Notes: generated by a model not told the origin, from the sequence alone. Shown: positions 50,769-61,048, counted from the stretch's first letter. The stretch is DNA of 64,000 bases from an uncultured Desulfarculus sp. (GCA_963665125.2 CAXXUK010000001.1:2880001-2944000), one strand, 5' to 3'. Numbers and translations are program-made.

Positions 50769-52288
50769 TTTACGGAGACTGGATCGGCCGCTGGGCCAGG
50801 GCCTACCCCGGAAAAGAGGCCGTGTACGACGCCATCACCGGCCGGCGCCACACCTATGGCCAAATGGCCGGCGACATCCACAAGCTGGCCAACTTCCTGG
50901 GCAATGAACTGGGCATAGGCAAGGGCGACATGGTCACATGCCTGTCCCTGAACCGCTACGAATACATTGTACTGTTTTTCGCCCTGAGCCGCCTAGGCGC
51001 GGTGATGGTGCCCCTGAATTTCCGCCTGGCCCTGGGCGAATTCCGCTATTTCTTTGAGGACGCCCGGCCCAAGGCCCTGTTCTATGACGCCGAGCACTCC
51101 GCAACGGCGGCCAAGCTGCAAGAGGCCGGGCTGACCAGGCACTTTGTCTGCTTTGACAGCGGCGCGGCCGCGGGACGCTCCCTGGCCGACGTCTGGGGCG
51201 GCCTTTGCGTTGATCCGCCGCCCGAGGTGGAGATCGGCCCCGAGGACCCGCAGCTGATCATCTACACCTCGGGCACCACGGGCAACCCCAAGGGCGTGAT
51301 CCTGACCCACGGCATGATCAGCGCCAACGCCTTGAACACCAACCTGGCTTGGGACCTGCGCTCCGACGACCGGACGATCCTCCACGCGGCCATGTTCTAC
51401 ACGGCGGGCTGGAACGTCTTCACCCTGCCCCTGTTCCAGTGCCGGGCCAGCAACATCCTGGTGCAGAGCTTTGAGCCGGACCAGATTCTAGACCTGATCC
51501 ACAACGAGGACGTGACCCTGTTCTTCGGCGTGCCGACCATGTACCAGATGATGCTGGACTCGCCGAAGTTTGATCAAACCGACTTCGGCAAGCTGCGTTT
51601 CGCGGTCTCCGGCGGCGCGGCCCTGGGTCCGGACATCCTGCGGGCCTACCAGGAGCGCAAGGGCCTGCGCATCTGGGAGGGCTACGGCCTAACCGAGGTG
51701 GGGCCCAATGATTTCATGGCCAACGGCAAACCCGGCAGCCTGGGCTGCCCCACGCCGCTTACCGACGTCAAGCTCATCGACTTGCAAGGCAATCCGGTGG
51801 GGCCGGGCCAGGAGGGCGAGATCCTGATGCGGGGGCCGGGCGTGTGCGCGGGCTACCACAACAAACCCGAGATCACCGCCGACACCATCAAGGACGGCTG
51901 GTTCCACACCGGCGACCTGGGCCGCGTGGACGACGACGGCCACTACTATATCGCCGGGCGGCTCAAGGACATGATCATCAGCGGCGGGGCCAACATCTAC
52001 CCGGCCGAGATCGAGCACGTAGTGGTGGAGCACCCGTCCGTGGCCGCCGTGGCCGTCATCGGCGTGCCAGACGCCAAATGGGGCGAGGTGCCCAAGGCAA
52101 TCGTCGAGCTCAAGACCGGCGAAGGCCTGGGCTTCGACGAACTGAGCGCCTTTTTGGCCGACCGCCTGGGGCGTTTCAAGCAGCCCAAGTACATGGCCGT
52201 GGTGGACGAGTTGCCCCGCACCGCCGCCTCGGGCAAGGTGCAGAAATTCATACTTAAACAACAACACGGCGGGGCGGACAACAACTAG
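50765..52288 (+). CDS. Acyl-CoA ligase
   Basis: YTSGTTGNPKG, YGLTE, WFHTGD; ATGA overlap with the upstream gene. Confidence 0.93.
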   Translation: MIYGDWIGRWARAYPGKEAVYDAITGRRHTYGQMAGDIHKLANFLGNELGIGKGDMVTCLSLNRYEYIVLFFALSRLGAVMVPLNFRLALGEFRYFFEDARPKALFYDAEHSATAAKLQEAGLTRHFVCFDSGAAAGRSLADVWGGLCVDPPPEVEIGPEDPQLIIYTSGTTGNPKGVILTHGMISANALNTNLAWDLRSDDRTILHAAMFYTAGWNVFTLPLFQCRASNILVQSFEPDQILDLIHNEDVTLFFGVPTMYQMMLDSPKFDQTDFGKLRFAVSGGAALGPDILRAYQERKGLRIWEGYGLTEVGPNDFMANGKPGSLGCPTPLTDVKLIDLQGNPVGPGQEGEILMRGPGVCAGYHNKPEITADTIKDGWFHTGDLGRVDDDGHYYIAGRLKDMIISGGANIYPAEIEHVVVEHPSVAAVAVIGVPDAKWGEVPKAIVELKTGEGLGFDELSAFLADRLGRFKQPKYMAVVDELPRTAASGKVQKFILKQQHGGADNN

Positions 52289-52315
52289 CGCCGACCGCTG
52301 CCGGGGATAATTGCG

Positions 52316-53311
52316 ATGATTTGCGGAATCGTCAGTTACGGGCTTTATTTGCCCAAAAACAGGCAATCGGCCGAGGAACTGGCCGCTGAGATCGGGGTGG
52401 ACGCCGCCGAGATCAGGGCTCTGGGCATCGAGGAAAAGCCGGTTCCCGGCCCGGAAGAGCAGCCGGTGAGCATGGCCGCCAAGGCCGCCGGACAGGCCTT
52501 TGAGCGGGCTGGCGGCATAACTCCCCAAGACGTGGACCTGGTCATCTGGACCGGCGAGGAATACAAGGACTATATCGCCCAGACGGCGGCCATCCGCCTG
52601 CAGGAGGAAGTGGGCTGCAAAAAGGCCTGGGCCTACGACCTGGTCGGCCAGGGCGTCACCCCGGTGGTGGGCATGCGCGTGGCCAGGGACATGATGATCT
52701 CCGACGAGACCATCAACACGGTATTGCTGGCCGGGGGCACCCGCAACATCGACCTCGTCGACCCCAAACGCGGCGACACCCGCTTTCTGCTGACCTATTC
52801 GGCCTCGGGCGCGGCCATGATCCTGCGCAGGGGCCACGCGGAAAACGTCCTGCTGAACGTATCGGTGAGCACCGATCCCCAAATGGCCGACGAAGTTTAC
52901 GTGCCCGGTGGCGGCACGGAGATCCCCTTTGCCGAAAACAACCTGAACTCTGATCTGATGTTCTTCCAGGTCCAGCACCCGGAAAAAGTCGTGGCCTATC
53001 TTGATGACGTATTCGTGCGGCGTTTGGCCCAAGAGGCCTCACACTGCCTCAATGGAGACAAGGCCGACTACCTGGCCCTGCGCCACATGAACCCGGCCCG
53101 GCGCCGCAAGGTCCTGGAGGCCCTGGGCATAAGCGAAGACAAATCAGCCTCCCTGGTGCGCCTGGGCCACCACGGCGGCAACGACGCGGTGCTATCGCTG
53201 GACAAGGGCCTGAACGACGGAATCATCAAGCCCGGATCAGTGGTGGTCATGGTCACCGCGGGCATCGGCTACACCTATGCCGCAGCCACCGTCAAATGGG
53301 GGCCGATGTAG
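52316..53311 (+). CDS. KAS III/FabH-like protein B (catalytic Cys replaced by Gly)
   Basis: Paralog of 49713 (DLVIW.GEE.K, VYVP.GG, GHHG, AGIGY); YDLVGQGVT at the Cys position. Confidence 0.85.
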   Translation: MICGIVSYGLYLPKNRQSAEELAAEIGVDAAEIRALGIEEKPVPGPEEQPVSMAAKAAGQAFERAGGITPQDVDLVIWTGEEYKDYIAQTAAIRLQEEVGCKKAWAYDLVGQGVTPVVGMRVARDMMISDETINTVLLAGGTRNIDLVDPKRGDTRFLLTYSASGAAMILRRGHAENVLLNVSVSTDPQMADEVYVPGGGTEIPFAENNLNSDLMFFQVQHPEKVVAYLDDVFVRRLAQEASHCLNGDKADYLALRHMNPARRRKVLEALGISEDKSASLVRLGHHGGNDAVLSLDKGLNDGIIKPGSVVVMVTAGIGYTYAAATVKWGPM

Positions 53312-53319
53312 TTTTTTGC

Positions 53320-53766
53320 CTAGCCGTCTTTTTTCTTGGCCAGTTTTTCGGCAAGAGTGTCGTTTTCCAGCAGGCCGAACACGCCGCTGGCCCGGAAGAT
53401 GCGCTTGTCTCCCACGTAGATAAAGGCGTTGGCGAATCCCATGCCCCCCGAGGCCCGGATGATGTCCACCCGCACCTCCAGCCAGTCTCCCAGATAGGCC
53501 GCGCTGGCGAAATCCGCCGTCAGGTTGGCCGTTATCAGCGGGGTTGGCGGATTCTGGCTGGTGCCCGTGACATAGCCCAGGGCCACGTCGGCCAGGGTCA
53601 GCAGCAATCCGCCGTGGGCCGTGCCCCTGGCGTTGGTGTGGCGCTGTTCAACCCGCAGGCCCAGCACGGGCCGCTCACCGCCGCGGTTTAAATAGATTGG
53701 GCCTATGTACTGCAAAAACGGGCTGGGGAAATCCAAAATTTCAAAGCCGTCGGGTATGCCGCTCAT
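53320..53766 (-). CDS. PaaI family hotdog thioesterase
   Basis: N..G.AHGG.L.TLAD. Confidence 0.92.
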   Translation of the reverse strand: MSGIPDGFEILDFPSPFLQYIGPIYLNRGGERPVLGLRVEQRHTNARGTAHGGLLLTLADVALGYVTGTSQNPPTPLITANLTADFASAAYLGDWLEVRVDIIRASGGMGFANAFIYVGDKRIFRASGVFGLLENDTLAEKLAKKKDG

Positions 53767-53776
53767 TTACTAGCCT

Positions 53777-54742
53777 TCATCGTGATGGTGCGCCGCCTTT
53801 TACAAAGGCCGCGAAGTCTTCGAACGCGGTCCTGGTGTCATATTGATACTCGAAACCAAGCTCGTTTTTCAACTTGCTGTTGTCGGCCACCCAGGCATAG
53901 CGCATCAAATTCAGGGCCGGGGAGGGGAAATCGGTAATAAAGCGCATCCGCAGATTCCAGGCCAGATTGTTCAGCGGGCCCAGGATGCTCACGGGCAGTT
54001 GCACGGGAATATTGCCCAGGATGCGGGCCATCTCTGTGGGGCACAGTTCGCCGTCTCCGGCGATGTTGTACACGCCCCGGCAGCCCCGCTCGATGAGCAG
54101 GTCTATGGCCCGGACCAGGTCGTCCTCGTGCACGAACTGCATGGGCGAACAGGGCTTGGGCAGGGCCACCAGGGGCTTTTGCAGGTGCTTGGCCAGGGGG
54201 TTGGCGAACCCCGGCCCCACCACGAACGATGGCCGGGCCCAACATACGGTGATGTCCGGGTTGGCCTTGGCAAAGGAGAGGATCTCGGTTTCCATCAGCC
54301 GCTTGCAGTAAGCATAGGTGAAGTCTTCGTTGCCCCGCAGGGCGCTGTCCTCCCGCAGGGGGTAGTCGTTGTCCGGATGAAAGCCGTAGGCCGTGGTGGA
54401 GCTGGTGTAAAACACCCGCTCCACCTTGGCGGCGACGCTGGCGGCCAGCACGTTTCTGGTGCCGCCCACGTTGATGTCGACCATCAGGTCCCGGTCGTGG
54501 ATCGGCGGCAAGACCCAGGCCGCGTGGATCACCGTGTCGATTTGGTGCTCTTTGAGTATGTCGTCAATGGGCTGGCGCACGTCGCGCTGGACGAACACCA
54601 GCTTTTCGGGCATGGCCTTGGGCGGGTTGACGTCCAGGCCGACGATCTTTTTCACGCCGTTCTTGGCGCTGAAATGTTCCGCCAAGCAGCCGCCGAAATA
54701 GCCCGAACTGCCCGTCAGCAAAATATTTTTCATGGCTTTCAA
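53777..54742 (-). CDS. NAD-dependent epimerase/dehydratase (extended SDR)
   Basis: TGSSGYFG, SSTTAYG, YAYCK. Confidence 0.9.
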   Translation of the reverse strand: MKAMKNILLTGSSGYFGGCLAEHFSAKNGVKKIVGLDVNPPKAMPEKLVFVQRDVRQPIDDILKEHQIDTVIHAAWVLPPIHDRDLMVDINVGGTRNVLAASVAAKVERVFYTSSTTAYGFHPDNDYPLREDSALRGNEDFTYAYCKRLMETEILSFAKANPDITVCWARPSFVVGPGFANPLAKHLQKPLVALPKPCSPMQFVHEDDLVRAIDLLIERGCRGVYNIAGDGELCPTEMARILGNIPVQLPVSILGPLNNLAWNLRMRFITDFPSPALNLMRYAWVADNSKLKNELGFEYQYDTRTAFEDFAAFVKGGAPSR

Positions 54743-54789
54743 ATCCTTGAATCACGGGCGGCGGCTTTTTTGCGTGTCGGCGGTCCGGC

Positions 54790-55359
54790 CTATAACAGGT
54801 CCTTGCCCAACGCGAAGGCGTCACCCAATATTTTGTTCATCCCCCAATAGATGCGCCTCTCGGGTAAAAAGGCCAGGGGGTCAAGCTTGGCCGGATCGGG
54901 CTTGCCGTCCGGGCCCAATATCTCCTCGTTGGCCTTGACGTCCATGATCTGGCCCACGAACATGGTGTGCATGCCCAGTTCGACGGTGTGGATCACCTTG
55001 CATTCCAGGCACAGCGGCACCTGGTCGATAACCGGCGCGTCCACGTATTCGCCGGGCGTGGCGGTCCAGCCCAACACGGCCAGCTTGTCCCGATCGCGGC
55101 CGCTGGCCATGCCGCAATAGTCGGCCTGCTTGACCTGGGCGGCCGAGGGGATGTTCAGGGTGAACACCCCGGAGCGCACCAGTTGGCCGTGGGAATAGGT
55201 GGCGGGCCGCAGACTCACCGCCACGCAGGGCGGCTTGGAGCAACACAGGCCGGCCCAGGCCGCGGTCATCAGGTTCGGCTTGCGCTCCAGGTCGTAGCTG
55301 CCCACCAGCACCACCGGCGCGGGGCAAAGCAGCGTATGAGCTCCCAAGGATTTTTTCAT
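54790..55359 (-). CDS. Flavin reductase (flavoredoxin) family protein
   Basis: PNLMTAAW, FTLNIP, CG..SG...DK, LECK, G.H.MFVG. Confidence 0.92.
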   Translation of the reverse strand: MKKSLGAHTLLCPAPVVLVGSYDLERKPNLMTAAWAGLCCSKPPCVAVSLRPATYSHGQLVRSGVFTLNIPSAAQVKQADYCGMASGRDRDKLAVLGWTATPGEYVDAPVIDQVPLCLECKVIHTVELGMHTMFVGQIMDVKANEEILGPDGKPDPAKLDPLAFLPERRIYWGMNKILGDAFALGKDLL

Positions 55360-55420
55360 GGCTCGTCCTCCCACCTTTGAAGATATTTGTCTTCCTTGTA
55401 GGATAGCACGGGCCTTCGGA

Positions 55421-56062
55421 TTAATCCGAGCCCACCCACGGCCCGGGCGGACCTATGAGCAGAAACGGCGCGGGATTCAGCGATCCCCCGGACCAGGCCA
55501 GGCCGCCCATCCCCAAATAGAGCCTGTCGTTGATGCGCCTGATTTCATCGACCATGGAATGATTGAGGCCGTCGTTGTATTTGGCGTAGATCAGAAACAT
55601 CGACGGCTTTTCATCGTATTCCGAATGGGAAATGACCGTATCCATGCGCATGGTCCGCAGCAGCGGCTTGGCTTCATCTCCCCTGAACAGGTTGTAGCCG
55701 TGGCCCTTGGTGGTGGTTTCGGCCTGGAAGGCCTTGCCCAGCCAATGGCCCGGGCCCATGACGTTGTGGGAATACCAGTTGGCGAAAAAGCCCAGCACCC
55801 CGGCATTTACCAATTCGGCCTTGAATTCGCCGTTCATCTCGGCAAGGTTCGGCGCCTCTGAGGCCAAAAACAATTGCAAGATGTCTGACTTGCTCAGTTT
55901 TTGCACGTCAGCCGCTGTTGCCTGGCTCGCCGGTTTGCCCAGGATCTGGTCCTTGGTCCGGCCGTCGGCCGCGCCGGTACCGTTTTGGATGATGTTGACA
56001 GCCACCATAACCAGGGTGATAAAGACAACCACCCCCAAGACCATGAACAGTTTTTTGATCAT
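55421..56062 (-). CDS. Membrane-anchored hypothetical protein
   Basis: N-terminal TM; WLGKAF and DEIRRI....YLG motifs. Confidence 0.75.
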   Translation of the reverse strand: MIKKLFMVLGVVVFITLVMVAVNIIQNGTGAADGRTKDQILGKPASQATAADVQKLSKSDILQLFLASEAPNLAEMNGEFKAELVNAGVLGFFANWYSHNVMGPGHWLGKAFQAETTTKGHGYNLFRGDEAKPLLRTMRMDTVISHSEYDEKPSMFLIYAKYNDGLNHSMVDEIRRINDRLYLGMGGLAWSGGSLNPAPFLLIGPPGPWVGSD

Positions 56063-56093
56063 CGAATCGCTCCGGATCCGATGCCGTTGCGGG

Positions 56094-56906
56094 CTACTCC
56101 GAGCCCTTCAGCGCGATGATGGAGATCAGAGGCATCAGCCGCCTCGGCGTGAGCCGGGGCAGGAAAAGGTGAACGAATTTATTTTGCAGGCCGGGGATGT
56201 GCACGGCCTTGCCCTTTTCGATGGTACGCACCGCAGCCGACCCTATGCAAGCCGGATCGGCCAGACCGCCGATGGAATACCAGCGCAGCTTTTGGGGAAA
56301 GCCCTCGCCCTTCAGAAGCGGCGTGTTGACATAGCTGGGGTTGAGAGTGCAGACCTTGACCCCGGTGCCGCTGAGTTCCTGGCGCACGCCCTCGCTGAGC
56401 ATCTGCACGAAGGCCTTGGTGGCCCCGTAGACCGTGTGGTGGGGCGTGGGCTGGAAGGCGCTGGCGCTGCACACGTTGAGCACCCGGCCCTGGCCGGCGG
56501 CCTTCATCTGGGGCAGAAACAACGCCATCAAGGCCATGTAGGCCCTGGCGTTGACGGCAAGCATCAGCTCGCTTTTTTCCAAGGGCGCCTGGTCGAAGAA
56601 GCCGTAGCTGATGACCCCGGCGTTGTTGACCAGGATGTCCAGGCGGGGGGTTATCCCCCCCACCTGGTTGTAAAGCTCCCGCGGGCCTTCGGGCGCGGAC
56701 AGGTCGCCGGTCAGGGGCCAAACCGACACGCCGTGGTTTTTGCTCAGTTCGGCGGCAAGTTCATCCAGGGCCCCGGCCTCGGCGGGCAGAGCCGCCGCGA
56801 TGACGTTGGCTCCCTTGGCCGCCAGGGCTCTGGCGATCTCCTTGCCGATTCCCGAACCCGCGCCGGTGACCAGCGCCGTCTTTGCCTTCAGGTCGTAGCG
56901 GGCCAT
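56094..56906 (-). CDS. SDR family oxidoreductase
   Basis: TGAGSGIG, NNAG, YGATK. Confidence 0.92.
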   Translation of the reverse strand: MARYDLKAKTALVTGAGSGIGKEIARALAAKGANVIAAALPAEAGALDELAAELSKNHGVSVWPLTGDLSAPEGPRELYNQVGGITPRLDILVNNAGVISYGFFDQAPLEKSELMLAVNARAYMALMALFLPQMKAAGQGRVLNVCSASAFQPTPHHTVYGATKAFVQMLSEGVRQELSGTGVKVCTLNPSYVNTPLLKGEGFPQKLRWYSIGGLADPACIGSAAVRTIEKGKAVHIPGLQNKFVHLFLPRLTPRRLMPLISIIALKGSE

Positions 56907-56910
56907 TTGC

Positions 56911-58155
56911 TTATGCCTTTTCCAGAATGTGGATGCACATGGCGGCCTCTTCCACCCCGATGTTGCCGCCGCCGTTTTCGGCCAGGCCGATCTTGGCCCC
57001 GGCCACCTGACGCTCTCCGGCCTCGCCGCGCACTTGGCTGACGATCTCGTAGATCTGGGCCAGGCCCGAGGCGCCGATGGGGTGCCCCCGGCACTCCAGC
57101 CCGCCGCTGGTGTTGATGGGCCGCTCGCCGCCCAGGGTGGTGGCCCCGCTCACGGCGTAGACGCCGCCCTGACCTATGGGGCAAAAGCCCATGACCTCGG
57201 TCTGGTGCATCTCGCCGTAGCTGGTGGCGTCGTGCAGCTCGGCCAGGTCGATGGCCTCGGGCCCCATGCCCGACACCTCATAGGCCTGTTTGCTCAGGCG
57301 CTCGCCGATGTCCTCGCCGTCCAGGTCGCGGTCGGAGCCCTGGCCCATGACGCTGGCGGCCACCCGCACGGCCCGGTCCAGGCCGTGGCGCTTGGCGAAG
57401 GCCTCGGAGCACACCAATGCCGCGGCCGCGCCGTCGCCCACCGGGGCGCACATGGCCCTGGTCAGGGGATAGGCCACGGCCCGGTCGGCCAGCACCTCCT
57501 CCACACTCATCTTCTGCTGGTATTGGCTCATGGGGTTCAATGAACCGTGCAGATGGTTCTTGGAGCAGATATGGGCCAGTTGCTCCTGGGTGGAGCCGAA
57601 GCGGTCCATGTGCCAGCGCGCGCCCATGGCGTAGGCGTCCATGAATATGCTGCGGCCCTGGCCCGGCGCGCCCTCGTCGTCGGGCAGCTTGACGTTCTTG
57701 AACGATCCGCCCACCTCCATGATCATCTTGATGTGGTTCTCGAAGTTCTCCAGGTCCATGCAGGTGGCATAGGCCGACAGGCTCTTGAGCTTGTCCTCGC
57801 AGGTGATCTTTTCCGAGCCGATGGCCAGGGCCACGTCATAGGCCCCGGCCTTGATGCCGGTGCAGGCCAGGTGCAGGGCCGTGGAGGCCCCGGCGCAGGC
57901 GTTTTCCACGTTGGTCACCGGGATCTTGTCCATGCCCATGCCCCGCAGGACCACCTGGCCCCGGATGCTGTGCTGGTTGTCGAACATGCCCCAGAACGTG
58001 TTGGCGAAAAACGCCGCCTGCACATCCCCCCTCCCCAGACCGGCGTCCTTCAGGCACAGACCGATGGCCTCCTCGGCCATGTTGCGCACCGTGCGGTCGG
58101 GGTATTTGTTGAAGCGGATCTGCCCCACGCCGATGATGTAGACATCGTTGCTCAT
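56911..58155 (-). CDS. Thiolase family protein (SCP2-thiolase type)
   Basis: VENACAG, DGAAA, ELHDA, NTSGGL, GHPIGASG. Confidence 0.93.
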   Translation of the reverse strand: MSNDVYIIGVGQIRFNKYPDRTVRNMAEEAIGLCLKDAGLGRGDVQAAFFANTFWGMFDNQHSIRGQVVLRGMGMDKIPVTNVENACAGASTALHLACTGIKAGAYDVALAIGSEKITCEDKLKSLSAYATCMDLENFENHIKMIMEVGGSFKNVKLPDDEGAPGQGRSIFMDAYAMGARWHMDRFGSTQEQLAHICSKNHLHGSLNPMSQYQQKMSVEEVLADRAVAYPLTRAMCAPVGDGAAAALVCSEAFAKRHGLDRAVRVAASVMGQGSDRDLDGEDIGERLSKQAYEVSGMGPEAIDLAELHDATSYGEMHQTEVMGFCPIGQGGVYAVSGATTLGGERPINTSGGLECRGHPIGASGLAQIYEIVSQVRGEAGERQVAGAKIGLAENGGGNIGVEEAAMCIHILEKA

Positions 58156-59390
58156 GCAGTGGCCTCCTCTACGATCTGCTGTCCGGCGTGCAGGGCCAGG
58201 ATGTCGTTTGAGCCGTCCTCGATGAGCCCGGAGCGGGCGTCGCGGAATATCTTCTCGATGGGGTATTCCTTGGTCACGCCATAGCCCCCGAACATCTGCA
58301 CCGCGTCCGATGCGATCTCAAAGGCGCTCTGGGTGCAGAAGACCTTGGAGGCAATGGAATACTTGGTGTTGGGCGGGCTCATGCTCATGTTGTAGACCAT
58401 GGCCGCCCGGCTGAGCTGGCGGCAGGCCTCGACCTTCTTGAACATGTCGAAAAGCCGCGCCCGAACGGTGGAATGGTCGCATAGGCGCTTGCCACCCTGG
58501 ACGCGCTCGGTGCTGTATTGCAGGGCCAGGTCATAGGCGCTTCTGGCCACGCCGGTGAAGAACGCGCCCATGTGGGCGTTGGCCAGGGCCACGACCATGT
58601 CGGTCATCATGGTGTAGCTCTCGGGGTCCGAGATAAAATGCTCGCTGGGCACCACGGCGTCATCAAAGTAGATTTCGCCCTGGGGCAGATCCCGCTGGCC
58701 CAGCTTGTCCAGGGGTTTGCCCCGGCTGACGCCGCTCTGGGTCAGGTCCACCAGGCAGATACCTCCGCCGTCAAAGCCCATGGACGGATCCATGTTGCAA
58801 AAGAGCATGGAGTTGGTGGCTACGGTGCCATTGCTGATCCAGGCCGATTTCTGGCCGTTCAACAGCCAGTCGTTTCCCTTTTTGGTGGCCTTGACCTGCT
58901 GGGTGATCTTGGGGTTGGAGAAATGCTCGGCTCCGGGCATCAGGTTGTCAGAGCCGTGGTTGGGCTCGGTTATGCCCCAGCAGCTCATCACGGAGGCGTC
59001 GCGGCATTCGATGTACGGCGTGATATAGGTGTCGGTAAGTTCGTCCTCGGCCATCATCGTGCAGATGAACGGTCCGAACCCGGCGCAGCCCAGGCTCACG
59101 GCCAGGCCCACCGAACCGTAGGCCATCTCTTCCCAGAAGATGTGGTTGGCCAGCGGGTCCAGGCCCAGGCCGCCGTATTCGTCGGGCAGGAGCACGGTAT
59201 GGTAGCCAAGCTCGTACATTTGCTTCATAATCCGCCAGTAGGGCGAACCGGGGGCGATAACCTCCTCGGGGGTCAGTTTGTCCAGTTCGATGGAAGCGGG
59301 GCGCACCTGTTCCACGGCGAATTTGTGTACGGCCTCACGCAAGGCCGCGTGGTCATCAGCGAGATCCAGGTTAAGCTCGAGGTAGGGCAC
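58152..59390 (-). CDS. Acyl-CoA dehydrogenase
   Basis: ITEP..GSD, NGQK..WISNG, FGGYG...EY.IEK..RDAR...IEDG. Confidence 0.95.
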   Translation of the reverse strand: MPYLELNLDLADDHAALREAVHKFAVEQVRPASIELDKLTPEEVIAPGSPYWRIMKQMYELGYHTVLLPDEYGGLGLDPLANHIFWEEMAYGSVGLAVSLGCAGFGPFICTMMAEDELTDTYITPYIECRDASVMSCWGITEPNHGSDNLMPGAEHFSNPKITQQVKATKKGNDWLLNGQKSAWISNGTVATNSMLFCNMDPSMGFDGGGICLVDLTQSGVSRGKPLDKLGQRDLPQGEIYFDDAVVPSEHFISDPESYTMMTDMVVALANAHMGAFFTGVARSAYDLALQYSTERVQGGKRLCDHSTVRARLFDMFKKVEACRQLSRAAMVYNMSMSPPNTKYSIASKVFCTQSAFEIASDAVQMFGGYGVTKEYPIEKIFRDARSGLIEDGSNDILALHAGQQIVEEATA

Positions 59391-59422
59391 GGGCTTTTCC
59401 TTCCTTGGCCATGCGGCCTTTT

Positions 59423-61036
59423 TTAGCGGTAATCCGCGTAGTTCAATATGGTTCCCTGACCCTGTTCGAACTCCTGGCGGAGCAGGCGGTCCAGGGGCTT
59501 TTGGGACACTGTCTTGGGCACTTCGGGCACCATCTGCAAATAGCTGGGGATGCTGTTGGCCTCCAGCTCCTTTTGGCAGATGCCGAAGATGTCCTTGGGG
59601 TCGATTTCCTTGCCTTCGTGGGGGGCCACCGCCGCCACGAGATCGCTTTCGCCGGGCGCTCCGCTGGCGGCGGGCACGCCGTAGACGCAGACTTCGCTGA
59701 CGTCGTCGAGCTTGCCGATGACGGCCTCCACCCGCTCGGGCTGGATGAAATCGCCGGCCCGGCGCAGTTCGGAGCCCTTGCGGAAGTCGAAGTAGTACCA
59801 GCCGTCGGCGTCCTTGTGCACGATGTCGCCGGTGCGCAGCCAGCCGCCCTTGGTCTTTTCATCGCTGGCCTGGGGCAGGCCCAGGTAGTCGACCTTGGTC
59901 TCGCCCTTGAGCATCTTGGCGATGAGTTCGCCCTTTTCGCCGGCCGGCACCTCGTTGTCGTCGTCGTCAACGACCTTGAACTCCATGATGCCGGGCACTG
60001 GCTTGCCGAAGGAGCCGATGGGGCCCTTGCCCGGGGCCTTGAAGGCGAACCCGCCCTCCACCGCGCCGTACCATTCCAGGATCTGCACGTTGAAACGCTT
60101 TTCAAAGTCCTCCCAGATGGCCGCCGGGGTTCCGGCGCTGATGACGGTCTTTACCGGGTTGTCGGCGTCATTGGGTTTGGGCGGCTCGTTGTGGATGCCG
60201 CTCATCATGCCGCCCAGCAGGCTGAAGCTGGTGCAGCCGAACTCCCGGCAGATATCCCAGATGCGGCTCTTGGTGAACTTGGGGCTGAACACAGCCTTTA
60301 TACCCAGGTTCAGGGCCGGGAACAGGGTCACGGCCTGGGCGTTGCCGTGGGTCAGCGAAAGGCCGCTGTAGAGCACGTCGTCCTTTTTGTATTTCCAGGC
60401 CAGGCGGTTGATAATGTTGAACAGGCCCATGCGGTTGCAGCGGATGGTCACGCCCTTGGGGTCGCCGGTGGTGCCGCTGGTGTAGATGATCTCCCAGGGC
60501 TGGCGCACGTCCATGATCATCTGGTCCACGGTCTGCCAGGTGTCGGCCTCCAGTGTCTCGTTCAGGGCGTGGAAATCCGCCACAGGCTCGACGCCCTCGT
60601 CGCGCTGGTAGGCGATGGTCACGAACTTGATCTCCGGCGCCTCGGGCAAAACCCGTTTGATTTCCTCAAGACAGATGCCCGTGCCGACGATGGCCTTGGC
60701 CCCGGAGTTGTTGATCAGGAACTTGAAGCGCTCGCCCTTGGTGCGCGGGTCCACCGGCACTGCCACGGCGCCGATGGTGGTGGCGGCCAAAAGGCTGTAG
60801 ATGAACTCCGGATAATTGCGCATGTAGACGATGAACGCGTCGCCCTTGCCGATGCCGTTGTCCAAAAGCAGCCGGGCCAGTTTGTTGGCCTTGGTGTGCA
60901 TGTCGGCGTAGGTCAATGCGTCGTGGCCGAATTTGCCGCGTTCAAAGATATAGACTTCCTTGTCCGGCTCCTTGTCGGCCTTGAGCTCCACCAGGTGCGA
61001 GGCGATTATTTGGTTGAGATGTGCTTTTGATGCCAT
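59423..61036 (-). CDS. AMP-binding CoA ligase (CaiC-like)
   Basis: YTSGTTGDPKG, YGAVE, WLRTGD, PKT...K. Confidence 0.9.
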   Translation of the reverse strand: MASKAHLNQIIASHLVELKADKEPDKEVYIFERGKFGHDALTYADMHTKANKLARLLLDNGIGKGDAFIVYMRNYPEFIYSLLAATTIGAVAVPVDPRTKGERFKFLINNSGAKAIVGTGICLEEIKRVLPEAPEIKFVTIAYQRDEGVEPVADFHALNETLEADTWQTVDQMIMDVRQPWEIIYTSGTTGDPKGVTIRCNRMGLFNIINRLAWKYKKDDVLYSGLSLTHGNAQAVTLFPALNLGIKAVFSPKFTKSRIWDICREFGCTSFSLLGGMMSGIHNEPPKPNDADNPVKTVISAGTPAAIWEDFEKRFNVQILEWYGAVEGGFAFKAPGKGPIGSFGKPVPGIMEFKVVDDDDNEVPAGEKGELIAKMLKGETKVDYLGLPQASDEKTKGGWLRTGDIVHKDADGWYYFDFRKGSELRRAGDFIQPERVEAVIGKLDDVSEVCVYGVPAASGAPGESDLVAAVAPHEGKEIDPKDIFGICQKELEANSIPSYLQMVPEVPKTVSQKPLDRLLRQEFEQGQGTILNYADYR

Positions 61037-61048
61037 GATTCGCTTCCC

